Positions 1 through 10,100 of a stretch of DNA of 64,000 nt are shown here, piece after piece; within the stretch, counting starts at the first letter, position 1; every line of letters begins with the position of its first letter. Position numbers and translations under genes: made by a program. The notes beneath the pieces are model-generated. The model was given only the letters and a program-made list of their open reading frames with translations. It made no database searches and was not told where the DNA came from. Source of the stretch: Candidatus Omnitrophota bacterium (GTDB taxonomy: Bacteria; Omnitrophota; Gorgyraeia; B26-G9; JBDRCZ01); the NCBI GenBank assembly GCA_043821285.1, contig JBDRCZ010000027.1:18988-82987 (forward strand), written 5' to 3'.

Positions 1-545
1 TATTTAGTCAACGAGCCATTGATTTTGCCATAATCTCTTTATAAATTCATGGTAAGGTAAAATAAGTATGCTGGATTGTGTACGACGGGCATTTTTTTCT
101 AAGGAGACAACAAGAAGATGTTGAACTGCGGGGGTGTTCCTCGCTTAATATATTCATGAATATTTATACCACTACTATAATATATACTATATGCTAGAGT
201 ATTTGCAAAATATCTATTTTTTATACCTTCCCGCTAAGTCGCCAAGCTCGCTAAGGTTTTTGGAAGTAATAAATAAAAGCAAGATGACAGGAACCGGGGA
301 GATATTACAGAAGTAAGTCTTATGTGACATTCAAGATGACCGGAGAATATCTTTTGCTGCCTTAAGGAATCTTTTTGCGCTTTTCGCAGTCGCCGCGGCT
401 CCCTTCTGAGAAAAAATTCTGTGATAATCAGCTTCTTCTCTTAAAATCATACGGATTTTCTTTGAATGAGCCCTTGCTTATGCAGTCGATTTAAACATCG
501 TTAGCTGAACCATAGCTTATTTTAGCTCCTCTGGCGATTTTTTTA

Positions 546-1754
546 TCAGATCAGTTGGCTGAGAAATGTTTGTGCAGGGACAATAATTGGTAAGGTGTGT
601 TTGAAGCAATTCTCGGGAACATATTCCATGTCAAAAACTACTTGAAATGCATGCTGCGCTTTAGTTTTTTCCTGAAAATAAATCAAATTTTTACTTAGCC
701 CGGTATTTGTAGACAATTTTGCTTCAACTAAAAACCACGGTTTTTTATCGCGTGAGACTAAAAAGTCTACCTCCCGCTTTTCCTTGTCGCGGATAAACCA
801 CAAATCATAACGCCCTAGCCCACAATCGGTCCAAAAATGCACCGCCTTTAATAAATGCGCGGCTACTAAATTTTCAAACTGATGTCCCGGATTATCAACA
901 TTAACCCAATCCCATAAATAAATTTTAGGTTCTTTGAGCAAGGAACGGGGAATATTTTTGGACCATGGTTGCAGAGTAAAACAATAAAAAAAGGACTGTA
1001 ATGTTTTAATCCAACGCTGGATTGTCCCTGATGACATATTAATCTTATTCGCCAAGTTGCTGTAGTTAGTTAATTGCCCGGTCTGATGCTTTAATATTTC
1101 TGCTAAAAGTTCAATTTGTCCCAACTCTTGGATGCGGCTTAGATCCCGGACATCTTCCCGGATCAGCTGTTCTTGACGCAGGGCTTTCCAGCGGTTTAGG
1201 AACCTGGGGTCGTTTTTTAAAAACGGTTCAGGAAAGCCGCCATTTTTGAGTAAGTTTTCAAAATCTTGATTTTTATTTTGAAAAGGCGGATTAATTTCTT
1301 TGTCGAATACATCCACCCGTCCCAGTTCTGCCAAGGATAATTGGTGTAGGCGATAAGAGAAATATCTTCCCATTAAACTGTCCCCGCCTTTTTTGTAAAT
1401 ATCTAATCGTGAGCTACCCGTGACAATAATATTTACTTTTCCCTTGTAAGTATCAAAAAAACCTTTGAGGAACGTTTTCCATTTATTATATTTGTGAATT
1501 TCATCAAAGACCAGAATAGGGATAGCGGAAGAAAGTTTGTCTAATCCGGCAAAATGGGCAACAGAACTTACACCTTCGAGAATAATTTTTCTATGGTCTA
1601 AATTATCCCAGTTAAGATAGGCAAACTGATTGGTGAACTCTTTGGCCATTAGACTAACAGTAGTTTTACCGGCCTGCCGTGGTCCTATAAGAAAAATCAT
1701 TTGCTGCTGGCGGGTAAAATGATCTTTGATAACAGATGTGTAAATTCTTTTCAT
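546..1754 (-). CDS. AAA+ ATPase, DUF4143-type (COG1373-like)
   Basis: 402-aa ORF with a Walker A motif, GPRQAGKTT, near the N-terminus. The overall layout, an ATPase core with a C-terminal DUF4143-like region, matches the 'archaeal-type' AAA ATPases common in bacteria. Confidence 0.8.
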   Translation of the reverse strand: MKRIYTSVIKDHFTRQQQMIFLIGPRQAGKTTVSLMAKEFTNQFAYLNWDNLDHRKIILEGVSSVAHFAGLDKLSSAIPILVFDEIHKYNKWKTFLKGFFDTYKGKVNIIVTGSSRLDIYKKGGDSLMGRYFSYRLHQLSLAELGRVDVFDKEINPPFQNKNQDFENLLKNGGFPEPFLKNDPRFLNRWKALRQEQLIREDVRDLSRIQELGQIELLAEILKHQTGQLTNYSNLANKINMSSGTIQRWIKTLQSFFYCFTLQPWSKNIPRSLLKEPKIYLWDWVNVDNPGHQFENLVAAHLLKAVHFWTDCGLGRYDLWFIRDKEKREVDFLVSRDKKPWFLVEAKLSTNTGLSKNLIYFQEKTKAQHAFQVVFDMEYVPENCFKHTLPIIVPAQTFLSQLI

Positions 1755-2324
1755 AGTTTCCTCCGTGCACTATTTTACCTGGCTTTTGAACGTGTTCCAT
1801 CTACGACTATTTTACCATACATATTAAATTAGTCAAGACTATTTCGAGATACTGCTTGTTTTAGTCAGGAAGAAAAAAGAAACAAAAAGTAGGTAATTAC
1901 AATATTCGTGTTCATCCGTGTCATTTGTGGTTTGAATATTTTTTTAACCACCAATTACACCAATCCTCACGAATAAATCTTTTTACGATTAATGTTAGCT
2001 GTGGGTTAACTGTTTTTTTAGCCACGGATAATTTACACGGATGTGGCCCAGATGTATAAAATTTTTATCCGTGTGTAATCAGTGAAAATCAGTGGTTTCA
2101 AGTATTTTAAAACCTATTGCTAAGCCGTGATATCAACATATACAGATAGCCTGATAAATGAGCAGACAATTTATGTAGTGTAAACTACGTAAATTGTAGA
2201 ACTATGTCCGTCTGCGAATTTAATCCGCCAGCTTGTTGGGCGGATATACCCCTAATTGCACGAATTGTCACGAATAAATTTTTTTGTAGTCACAACAAGT
2301 CACATTATGATAAAATAATAAATT

Positions 2325-2792
2325 ATGGGAAAAAAGAAAATGATTGCGGTCATTGGCGCATCGCAGCCCCCGGCAGATTTGCTCAAAGTAGCAGAGGAAG
2401 CAGGTCGTTTGATTGCCGAAAATGGTGCCGTGCTCGTGTGTGGGGGGTTGGGAGGAGTGATGGAGGCTGCGGCACGCGGGGCAAAATCCGGCCAGGGGCT
2501 AACCATTGGAATATTACCCTCCCATGACAAAACCAGCGCAAACCCGTATATCGATATTGTTATCCCCACCGGGCTTTCTGAAGCGCGTAATGTGATTGTT
2601 GCCTCCGCGGCAGATGTGGTGATTAGTATTGGCGGAGGATATGGCACCCTGTCAGAGATTGCCTTTGCTTTACAACATTATATCCCGGTTATTGGCATAA
2701 ATACCTGGGAGGCAAAACAGAAAGATTTAACCGCCAAAATTATCAGGGTTTCTTCAGCAAAAGAAGCGATAACCCGGGCGATGGAGTTATAA
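2325..2792 (+). CDS. TIGR00725/LOG-family Rossmann-fold protein (possible lysine-decarboxylase-like/cytokinin riboside 5'-monophosphate phosphoribohydrolase family)
   Basis: 155 aa. Carries VIGAS, GGLGGVMEAAARGA and a GGYGTLSEI motif, all typical of the LOG/DprA-like nucleotide-binding fold. A possible SD GGGAAAA (2316-2322) lies upstream. Confidence 0.65.
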   Translation: MGKKKMIAVIGASQPPADLLKVAEEAGRLIAENGAVLVCGGLGGVMEAAARGAKSGQGLTIGILPSHDKTSANPYIDIVIPTGLSEARNVIVASAADVVISIGGGYGTLSEIAFALQHYIPVIGINTWEAKQKDLTAKIIRVSSAKEAITRAMEL

Positions 2793-2795
2793 CCA

Positions 2796-2890
2796 CGTAT
2801 TGCGTATTGAGTATCGAGTATTGAGCATAAAAAATAAAAGGCGACAAATAAAAACGCAATACTCAATACGCATCACTCAATACGAGATAA
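2796..2890. repeat. Intergenic repeat element family B (GCGTATTGAGTAT ... AAAAAATAAAA ... ATACTCAATACGC inverted repeat)
   Basis: A 14-bp arm, TGCGTATTGAGTAT, and its reverse complement flank an A-rich loop. Related copies occur at 8384-8452, 9661-9712, 53581-53652 and 55354-55387. Confidence 0.55.
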
Positions 2891-4287
2891 TGTTTGTAGA
2901 AAAGTTAAATATATCTGCATCGCCGGCTGCGGCATTTAGCGGGATAAAAGATCTGCCGTATGCGATGTTATTAGAAAGCCAGAAATTTTCCCGCACCATG
3001 GGCCGGTTTTCTTTTTTGTTTGCTTATCCGGAAGTTGTTTTTATGAATAATCGCAATAAGATAACAATATTGCGTAACGCGAAAAAGGAATTTTTTTTCG
3101 GCGACCCGTTCATGGTCATAAGAGAGCTCTTAAAGGAATTTAAAAATAAAAGGGAGCATGCTTACCTCCCCTTTTCCGGTATGGCCGTGGGATATTTTGG
3201 TTATGAACTGCGCCATTTTATTGAAAAAGTGCCGGCGGCAAAGGCGGATATTTTTACCATCCCGGATTGTGTGCTTGGGTTTTATAACCAGGCGGTTATT
3301 TATGACCACCTAAAAAAAAAGGTCTACTATGCAGCATGTGCGCCGGATAAAAAACCCAGTTTAAAGCATGCGGTTTTAAAACAAATAAGCCGTCAGGAAA
3401 ATTTTAGACAAATAAACGGCAGGGATTATTGTTTACACTTGCACTCAAATTTTACGAAAACAAAATATATCGCGGCAGTAAACAGTGTCAAGAGATATAT
3501 AAAAAACGGTGATATTTACCAGGCAAATCTTGCACAGCGCTTTACCGGAAAATGCCGTCTGCATCCCTATATCCTCTATGAACGTTTGAGAAAAATAAAC
3601 CCGGTCTGCTACGGCGCATATCTGAATTTTGGGGATTTTACGATTGTTAGCGCCTCGCCGGAAAAATTCTTAACCCTCAAGGGACGTCATGTTTCAACAA
3701 GACCGATGAAAGGCACCCGCCCCCGTGGAGATACTGCCCACGAGGATCGTAAGTTAAAAAACGAACTTATCAAGAGCGCAAAAGATAAAGCAGAATTGGT
3801 GATGATTGTTGATCTGGAAAGAAATGACCTGGGCCGGGTATGTGCGTACCGGAGTATCGAAGTAAAGAGACTGCGAATACTCGAGAGTTATGCCACGGTG
3901 TTTCAGACAACCTCAGTAATTGACGGCAGATTGATAAAAGGTAAAGATGCGCTTGATCTTTTGCGGGCATGTTTCCCCGGCGGCTCAATCACCGGTGCGC
4001 CGAAAATAAGGGCAATGGAGATAATCAGCGAAATAGAACAGTTGAAACGCTCCGTTTATACTGGTGCGATTGGGTACATCGGGTTTTCCGGTGATATGGA
4101 TTTATCCATTGCCATAAGAACGTTGGTCTGGAAAAATAATAATGTATGTTTTCATGTCGGCGGGGGGATTGTGGCGGATTCTACCGGGGAACAGGAATAT
4201 CAGGAGACTCTCCATAAGGCGAAAGCATTATTATGCGCGATATCAGCACCAGAACCACGGATGATACAGATTGAAGGAATAAGCTAA
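2890..4287 (+). CDS. pabB: Chorismate-binding enzyme: aminodeoxychorismate synthase component I (or anthranilate synthase component I)
   Basis: Conserved chorismate-utilising motifs are present: LERNDLGRV, GSITGAPKIRAMEII and SVYTGAIGYIGFSGDMDLSIAIRT. The ORF track starts at 2800, but the first 30 codons lie inside repeat element B, so the internal ATG at 2890 is preferred. A class-IV aminotransferase (pabC-like) lies 3 kb downstream. Confidence 0.8.
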   Translation: MFVEKLNISASPAAAFSGIKDLPYAMLLESQKFSRTMGRFSFLFAYPEVVFMNNRNKITILRNAKKEFFFGDPFMVIRELLKEFKNKREHAYLPFSGMAVGYFGYELRHFIEKVPAAKADIFTIPDCVLGFYNQAVIYDHLKKKVYYAACAPDKKPSLKHAVLKQISRQENFRQINGRDYCLHLHSNFTKTKYIAAVNSVKRYIKNGDIYQANLAQRFTGKCRLHPYILYERLRKINPVCYGAYLNFGDFTIVSASPEKFLTLKGRHVSTRPMKGTRPRGDTAHEDRKLKNELIKSAKDKAELVMIVDLERNDLGRVCAYRSIEVKRLRILESYATVFQTTSVIDGRLIKGKDALDLLRACFPGGSITGAPKIRAMEIISEIEQLKRSVYTGAIGYIGFSGDMDLSIAIRTLVWKNNNVCFHVGGGIVADSTGEQEYQETLHKAKALLCAISAPEPRMIQIEGIS

Positions 4288-4664
4288 ATATCCGCCACAA
4301 AGCGTTGGCGTCCTCCACAAAGTTAAAGATCCGCCAATGTTTTGTGGAGGAATTGGCGGACAAGGATTGAATTCCCCGCCATGTTTTTTGGCGGGTCATT
4401 TAAAAAGATAAAGCCACGAATTAACACACTTCGACTGCGCTCAGTGTTAAGAAAAGTCCTGAGTCTATCGAAGGACACTGATTGGACACGGATGAAAAAA
4501 GACGAAGCGTAAATATTAAACTGGAGTATTCCCTGTAGCTTGCTACAGGGTGGCTTCATTAAAAATCCGTGTTTCATCCGTGGCTAAAAAAATAATCTGT
4601 GGTTGCTTATTGGAAGTGTAGGGAATGTTTAGCAAAACCAAAATCAGAATAAGGAGAAATTAAT

Positions 4665-5030
4665 ATGTACGGACGGCAGCGGCGGCGGTATTTACGGGTG
4701 GTGATATCAATAGACGTTGAATTCAAAGAATTGAATGACCCGGCAGGTGTTTTTATCGCGAAAACTATTGATATTAGCGCCGGAGGGATGAGAGTAATTC
4801 TCCCGGAATATAAAGAAATCGGGAGCGTGTTCAGTATGTCCTTTGTATTGGAAAATCAACACACAGTTGCCGATGTTCAGGGAACAATTGTCTGGAATAA
4901 AGAGAACATGGACACAGACAATAAACCGGTATATGAAGCCGGAGTGCTTTACACGGCAATAGATTTAGAAACCAGGCATAATGTTATAAAATTTGTCTAT
5001 GAAGAATTAAGGAGTAAGCACAACCTGTAA
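4665..5030 (+). CDS. PilZ-domain protein (c-di-GMP receptor)
   Basis: 121 aa. Has the RxxxR motif (QRRRYLR) and the D-x-S-x-GG motif (DISAGG), both characteristic of PilZ. A strong SD, AAGGAGAAA, precedes the ATG. Confidence 0.75.
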   Translation: MYGRQRRRYLRVVISIDVEFKELNDPAGVFIAKTIDISAGGMRVILPEYKEIGSVFSMSFVLENQHTVADVQGTIVWNKENMDTDNKPVYEAGVLYTAIDLETRHNVIKFVYEELRSKHNL

Positions 5031-5241
5031 ACTTAAATATTCTTTGTAGCAAGCTATAGGGTAAAAAGTTTTGTTTTTTTACGGAATTGTCGAAGACCCG
5101 CCACAAAGCGTTGGCGGGCAGGTCCGCCGTGGCGGGGGTAAAGAAAAAGCCACTTGTATTCGCCTCGGCGGAAGAACGGAAAATGATTACATTTTCCGTG
5201 TATGAAGATACTCCGCAGCAGGATAGCGGAGGAGATTCATT

Positions 5242-7509
5242 ATGCTGCGAAAAATATTACTTTTAATTTTATTCGTCGGGATCGCGCCGCTGGTGATTGG
5301 CATGTTCGTGTTTTATTTTGAGCAGACCGTGCTGATTAGGGAGACGACCGGACGCGACTTTCAGCAGGCCGCCGAACAGATTGCGCAGAGAATAGATACG
5401 GTTGTTAATGCACAGGTTGCCTTGTTGAAAAAGATTGCCACAAGCCCGCAATTGAGATATTTGCTTAATGAAGAGAAGAAAGAATTGCTTGCCGCCTTTT
5501 TGATTAATGAAGCGAAAAAATACCATTTATTTGAACTCCGTGAACTCAGGATAATCAACGAACACTCCGAGGGGGAAGAAGATAAACAGCTCTGGATGTA
5601 CGTTGTTGGACCGGGCAAGGGGGAGTATTTAAGTGATATCTGGTATGATAAAGATAAGAGACAGTTTTTTATAGATGCCGCGGTTAGGATAACCGATGAA
5701 ATGTCTAATAAACGGGCAGTGTTGAAAACAATACTTCCGGCAAATGCGATTGGGATGATCATCCATGAATGGCAAAGAGGTAGTACGGGATATACGCGAA
5801 TGGTTACAATTAACGGACAGGTGATTGTTTCCCCGCGGCAAGTAAACATGTTACCTTATAAACTAAATGCGGCATTAACCGGACAAATTACGCAGTTTCG
5901 AAACGGCTGGACAGAGGCGAAAGAAGAAGGTGAACGAATTCTGCACGGATTTTCCCCGGTCAAAGCAAGTTACCGCGTAAAAGGCGGGGTGTTTGGTGAG
6001 TATAAGTGGTTTGTTTTGGTCTCGCAAAATAGTAATGAAGCATTAATCAAGATCTATAGATTTATCGTGAAATCAATTCTTCTGGGGATTGCGCTGATTA
6101 CGATAATTGTTCTGGTTGGCGGCTATGTAACCTATAAGTTTATTCAGCCGATAAAACTTCTCGGCCGCGGGGTAAGGATTATCGGGCAGGGTAACCTTAG
6201 TTACCGGTTGAATATTAATACCGGTGACGAGATTGAAGAACTGAGCCGGGAATTTAATCAAATGGCAGTTAAACTGAAAGACATCTATGATCATCTTGAA
6301 GATAAAATTCTTGAAAGGACAAAAAAGATAAAAGAGGCAAACACCCGGCTGCAGAAAAATCAGATAGAATTACAGGCAGCCCAGGGACAACTGCTGGCCG
6401 TTGCCGAAGAATTGGAATATGCCAATGCGCGGATGGAAGAGCAGACAAGGGAATTAGAGCGTCTTAGTCAGGTAAAGTCTGATTTTGTATCGATGGTCTC
6501 GCATGAACTGCGTACCCCGCTGGCGGCGATGAAGGAGGGGGTATCATTGGTTGCGGATGGTTCGGCGGGAAGTCTTACCCCGCTGCAAAAAAAATTGCTG
6601 GGCATCACCGCGTCTAATATTGACCGGCTGGCAAGATTGATTAATGAACTGCTGGACCTCTCGAAAATAGAATCCGGTAAGATCGAGATGAAATTTCAGG
6701 AAACGCAGATTGAAAAGTTGATAAAAAGCAGTATCGAGATAATGCAGCCGCATGCCCGTTCGGAAAATATCGAGCTAAAAGTGCAATTGGAAGATAATTT
6801 GCCGGCAATAGTTGTTGATATCGACAGGATATTACAGGTGTTATCTAATTTGATAAACAATGCCATAAAATTTACTCCGCCGCAGGGGATAATTACCGTC
6901 TGCGTGCAGGATCGAGATACGGAATTTATCGAAGTTGCCGTAGAGGATACCGGGGTAGGAATAAGCCGGGAAGATGTGGCAAAACTTTTTCAGAAATTTC
7001 AGCAGTTAGATAATGCCGGGGCCGTGAGGAAACCCGGCGGCACCGGGCTGGGACTGGCAATATCTAAAAATATAATTATTGCCCACGGCGGGAAAATGGA
7101 CGTTATTAGTGAGCCCAAAAAAGGCAGCCGGTTCTTTTTTACTCTGCCTAAGTATACCGAGGTAATTAATGCGTATAAGTATCTTGACAAGAGAATAGAG
7201 TTTGCCGAAAAGAACGTTACGAGTATTGCTTTAATAATCATGGAATTAGCTAAGCCCGCTGATGCCGCGGCGGTTGTTGAGCAGCTAAAACATATTGCCC
7301 GGCGGCCAAATGATAAAATAGAATATCTGGGCGGTAAAAACATAATGATCGTCTTGGATGTAGATAAAAATGGCGCCCAATTTGTTGCAAACAGAATAAA
7401 AGAAAAAATCAACGCGCACTATAATTTTAAGATTGGTGCCGGAGTCTATCCGGAAGATGCAACCGAAAGAGACGATTTAGTAAGGATTGCAAAACAAAGG
7501 AAAGTATAA
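5242..7509 (+). CDS. Sensor histidine kinase (TM-periplasmic sensor-TM-HAMP-coiled coil-HisKA-HATPase_c plus a ~120-aa C-terminal extension)
   Basis: Two hydrophobic helices flank a ~250-aa extracytoplasmic domain. The H-box is SHELRTPL, and the N/G boxes are NAIKFT and DTGVGI ... GGTGLGLAI. An SD GGAGG lies upstream. Confidence 0.9.
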   Translation: MLRKILLLILFVGIAPLVIGMFVFYFEQTVLIRETTGRDFQQAAEQIAQRIDTVVNAQVALLKKIATSPQLRYLLNEEKKELLAAFLINEAKKYHLFELRELRIINEHSEGEEDKQLWMYVVGPGKGEYLSDIWYDKDKRQFFIDAAVRITDEMSNKRAVLKTILPANAIGMIIHEWQRGSTGYTRMVTINGQVIVSPRQVNMLPYKLNAALTGQITQFRNGWTEAKEEGERILHGFSPVKASYRVKGGVFGEYKWFVLVSQNSNEALIKIYRFIVKSILLGIALITIIVLVGGYVTYKFIQPIKLLGRGVRIIGQGNLSYRLNINTGDEIEELSREFNQMAVKLKDIYDHLEDKILERTKKIKEANTRLQKNQIELQAAQGQLLAVAEELEYANARMEEQTRELERLSQVKSDFVSMVSHELRTPLAAMKEGVSLVADGSAGSLTPLQKKLLGITASNIDRLARLINELLDLSKIESGKIEMKFQETQIEKLIKSSIEIMQPHARSENIELKVQLEDNLPAIVVDIDRILQVLSNLINNAIKFTPPQGIITVCVQDRDTEFIEVAVEDTGVGISREDVAKLFQKFQQLDNAGAVRKPGGTGLGLAISKNIIIAHGGKMDVISEPKKGSRFFFTLPKYTEVINAYKYLDKRIEFAEKNVTSIALIIMELAKPADAAAVVEQLKHIARRPNDKIEYLGGKNIMIVLDVDKNGAQFVANRIKEKINAHYNFKIGAGVYPEDATERDDLVRIAKQRKV

Positions 7510-8381
7510 TGGGCTATATCTTTTTCTTAAATGGCCGGTTTGTTCCGGAAGAACAGGCAAAGGTTTCTGTCCTGGAGAGAGGATTTTTGTATGGTGACGG
7601 CGTTTTTGAAACCATGCGCAGCTATCAGGGAAAAATATTTCGCATTGACGAGCATCTCAGCCGTTTAAAAGATGCCTTAGACAAGTTAATGATTACTCCG
7701 TCCGATGATATTTCCCAATTAAAAAAAAATACCTTTGAGGTTTTGCACCGCAATAAATTATCAGAAGCATATATGCGGATAAATATAACCCGCGGGCTAT
7801 TTATGCAGCCGCAAGAAAAGACAAGCAAACATATTGCAACGATGCTGATCTTGATACGTAAGTTTATCCCTTACCCGGATAAATGCTACCGGCAGGGGAT
7901 CAGGGCAATTATTGCCACCACGCGGCAGAATGAAAACTCCCCGCTGGCAAATATAAAATCATTGAATTATCTCAATAATCTTATGGCAAAAACCGAAGCC
8001 CTAAGACGCGGGGCGCAGGAAGCAATAATGTTAAACAGTAAAGGACTGGTCTGCGAGGGGGCAATCAGTAATATATTTATTGTAAAAGGGAAAGATCTAT
8101 ATACCCCAGCCATAACTACCGGATGCCTAAATGGGATAACCCGTAATACCGTAATCGAAATTGCCCGCCGGAAACAGATTTTGGTTAAAGAAACAGATAT
8201 TAGCATCGAACAGCTCTCCGGCGCAGATGAGATATTTATCACCAACTCGCTGATGGAGGTTATGCCGGTAGTTGAGATAAATAACCGGCGGATAAATAGA
8301 GCAAGAATTGGACGTCTGACGCAGTTTTTGATGAAAGAATATAGGAAGGTTGTGGAACACGAAACGCGACACAGCAAATAA
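7509..8381 (+). CDS. pabC: PLP fold-type IV enzyme: aminodeoxychorismate lyase / branched-chain aminotransferase family
   Basis: 290 aa. Has ERGFLYGDGVFETMR and typical class-IV aminotransferase spacing. Its start overlaps the kinase stop (TAATG). It is assigned as pabC-like because pabB lies nearby. Confidence 0.7.
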   Translation: MGYIFFLNGRFVPEEQAKVSVLERGFLYGDGVFETMRSYQGKIFRIDEHLSRLKDALDKLMITPSDDISQLKKNTFEVLHRNKLSEAYMRINITRGLFMQPQEKTSKHIATMLILIRKFIPYPDKCYRQGIRAIIATTRQNENSPLANIKSLNYLNNLMAKTEALRRGAQEAIMLNSKGLVCEGAISNIFIVKGKDLYTPAITTGCLNGITRNTVIEIARRKQILVKETDISIEQLSGADEIFITNSLMEVMPVVEINNRRINRARIGRLTQFLMKEYRKVVEHETRHSK

Positions 8382-8480
8382 CGCGTGATGCGCATTGCGT
8401 ATTGAGTATAAAAAAAATAAAAAAAACGCAATGCTCACGGCGCAATACGAATCTAACACATTACGACAAAACTTCAAACA

Positions 8481-9656
8481 ATGAATATTAATAGAATTAT
8501 TACAGGATTATTTATTAAAAACATTGACAATACGAATAACCCCAGAGTACGTCAGCAGTGCGGATATCTTGCCAGCGGGGTAAGTATTGTTGTCAATATC
8601 TTGATTTTTATTTTTAAATTCATTTTTGGCACCGCGGCAAACAGTATTTCCTTAATTGCCGATTCTATTCATACGTTGTCTGATGTATTAACTTCAATAA
8701 TTGTATTGTTCAGTTTTAAAATATCTTATCACCCCGCGGACAAAGAACATCCTTTTGGCCACGGCCGTATGGAACATGTTGCCAGTTTAGTGCTGGCCGT
8801 ACTGCTTTTTGCCGTAGGCATTCATTTTTTTAACGATGCGCTGCTGCGCTTTGTGCGGCCGCAGGCAGTGACGGTAAATGCCTGGGTCATTATCGGACTG
8901 GGATTATCTATAATTCTAAAAGAATGGATGACCAGATTTACGTTATACCTCAGTAAAAAAATAGATGCCGCGGTGCTGGAAGCGGATGCCTGGCACCATC
9001 GTTCTGATGCCGTGACCTCGGTACTGGTGTTTATTGCCCTGTTTGGCGCAAAAAATAAACTTTTCAAAATTGATGCAATATTTGGTATATTGATTGCCCT
9101 GTTAATAATCTATATTGCCTGGAGAATCGCGAAAAAGGCGGTAAATCTTTTGCTGGGACAGAGCGTAGATGAAGCGGTAATAGGCGAGATTGAAAAATGC
9201 GCATATGAGGTGCCAGGGGTGGAAGGAGTGCATGATATTAAGGTGCATAATTACGGCACGTTTAATGCAATATCCCTGCACGTAGAGGTAGACAAAGGCA
9301 TTGATATGATACGGGCACAGGATATTGCCGGGTTAGTCGAACGCAGTATTGCCGGCAGATTTTTTTCGTCTCCAGTCGTCCGGATAGACCTGCGCGCAGA
9401 TTGTAAAAAGAAAAACATTTCTGCCGACCGGCATTTAAATATTGGCCGGATCATTTCTAAGCATAAAAACATCATTGGATTTCATGCTATTAATATGTTT
9501 TCTACCGACCGGGGCAGCCTGATTGATTTACATATTATTGTCGATCGGAACATGAGCATAGAAACAGCGCATCAGATAGAACATGCAGTTTCTGACGAAA
9601 TTAAACAGGAATTTATTGGTTATCAGGTTAATATCCACGTTGAACCGGGAACTTAA
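8481..9656 (+). CDS. Cation diffusion facilitator (CDF) family metal efflux transporter
   Basis: Six hydrophobic segments. The signature motifs are ADSIHTLSDV and HHRSDAVTSV. A ~90-aa C-terminal cytoplasmic domain is present. Confidence 0.9.
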   Translation: MNINRIITGLFIKNIDNTNNPRVRQQCGYLASGVSIVVNILIFIFKFIFGTAANSISLIADSIHTLSDVLTSIIVLFSFKISYHPADKEHPFGHGRMEHVASLVLAVLLFAVGIHFFNDALLRFVRPQAVTVNAWVIIGLGLSIILKEWMTRFTLYLSKKIDAAVLEADAWHHRSDAVTSVLVFIALFGAKNKLFKIDAIFGILIALLIIYIAWRIAKKAVNLLLGQSVDEAVIGEIEKCAYEVPGVEGVHDIKVHNYGTFNAISLHVEVDKGIDMIRAQDIAGLVERSIAGRFFSSPVVRIDLRADCKKKNISADRHLNIGRIISKHKNIIGFHAINMFSTDRGSLIDLHIIVDRNMSIETAHQIEHAVSDEIKQEFIGYQVNIHVEPGT

Positions 9657-9717
9657 CTACAGATAATAAATGCGTATTGTGTATTCAGACTGTGTCGTAA
9701 TTAACAATACTCAAACA

Positions 9718-9803
9718 AATTTTAACCACAGAGAACACAAAGTACACAGAGAAAAACTCTGAATAGCTTTATTCCTGCTCTGTGCTCTCTGTGTGCTCTG
9801 TGG
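9718..9803. repeat. Imperfect inverted repeat (CACAGAG-rich arms) downstream of the CDF gene
   Basis: CCACAGAGAACACAAAGTACACAGAG pairs with CTCTGTGCTCTCTGTGTGCTCTGTGG across a ~25-nt spacer. It could form a hairpin or act as a terminator. Confidence 0.4.
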
Positions 9804-10033
9804 TAAATTATTAATTTTTTAGTATAGCAAAAAAACATAACAAATTCCATAAAAAGTACTTATTACCGAAATAAATCAGACAGGATTAACCGGATAAAAA
9901 AAGATAAAAACTAATCGTGTTAATCATGTAAATCCTGTCAAAAGTAGTTATATTTTTTATTTTTCAACCACGAATTACACAAATCCACACGAATAAATTG
10001 AAGTAAAAGCTGAAAGGAATAAACAAAAAATAT

Positions 10034-10066
10034 AGCCACGGATTTTCACGGATTGAACACGGAGAA
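10034..10066 (+). promoter_or_regulatory. Triple direct heptamer repeat, CACGGAT-type, at 10-11-bp spacing (GCCACGGATTTTCACGGATTGAACACGGAG)
   Basis: Three heptamers on the same face of the helix, 35 nt upstream of the acyl-CoA ligase start. A near-identical copy is at 11890-11922. Confidence 0.55.
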
Positions 10067-10100
10067 AAAAGAGGAAGCAAAAAATAAGGGGTGAGGAAGT

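Noticed and set aside
2204-2647. 107-aa (+) and 115-aa (-) ORFs overlapping the LOG-family gene
   Set aside because: They are alternative frames of a well-supported CDS (2325-2792). They are GC-skewed by that gene and carry no motifs.
4292-4345. Hairpins after pabB and PilZ (5095-5138) as rho-independent terminators
   Set aside because: The stems are present but there is no downstream T-tract on either strand. They are more consistent with the repeat-element family reported in the findings.
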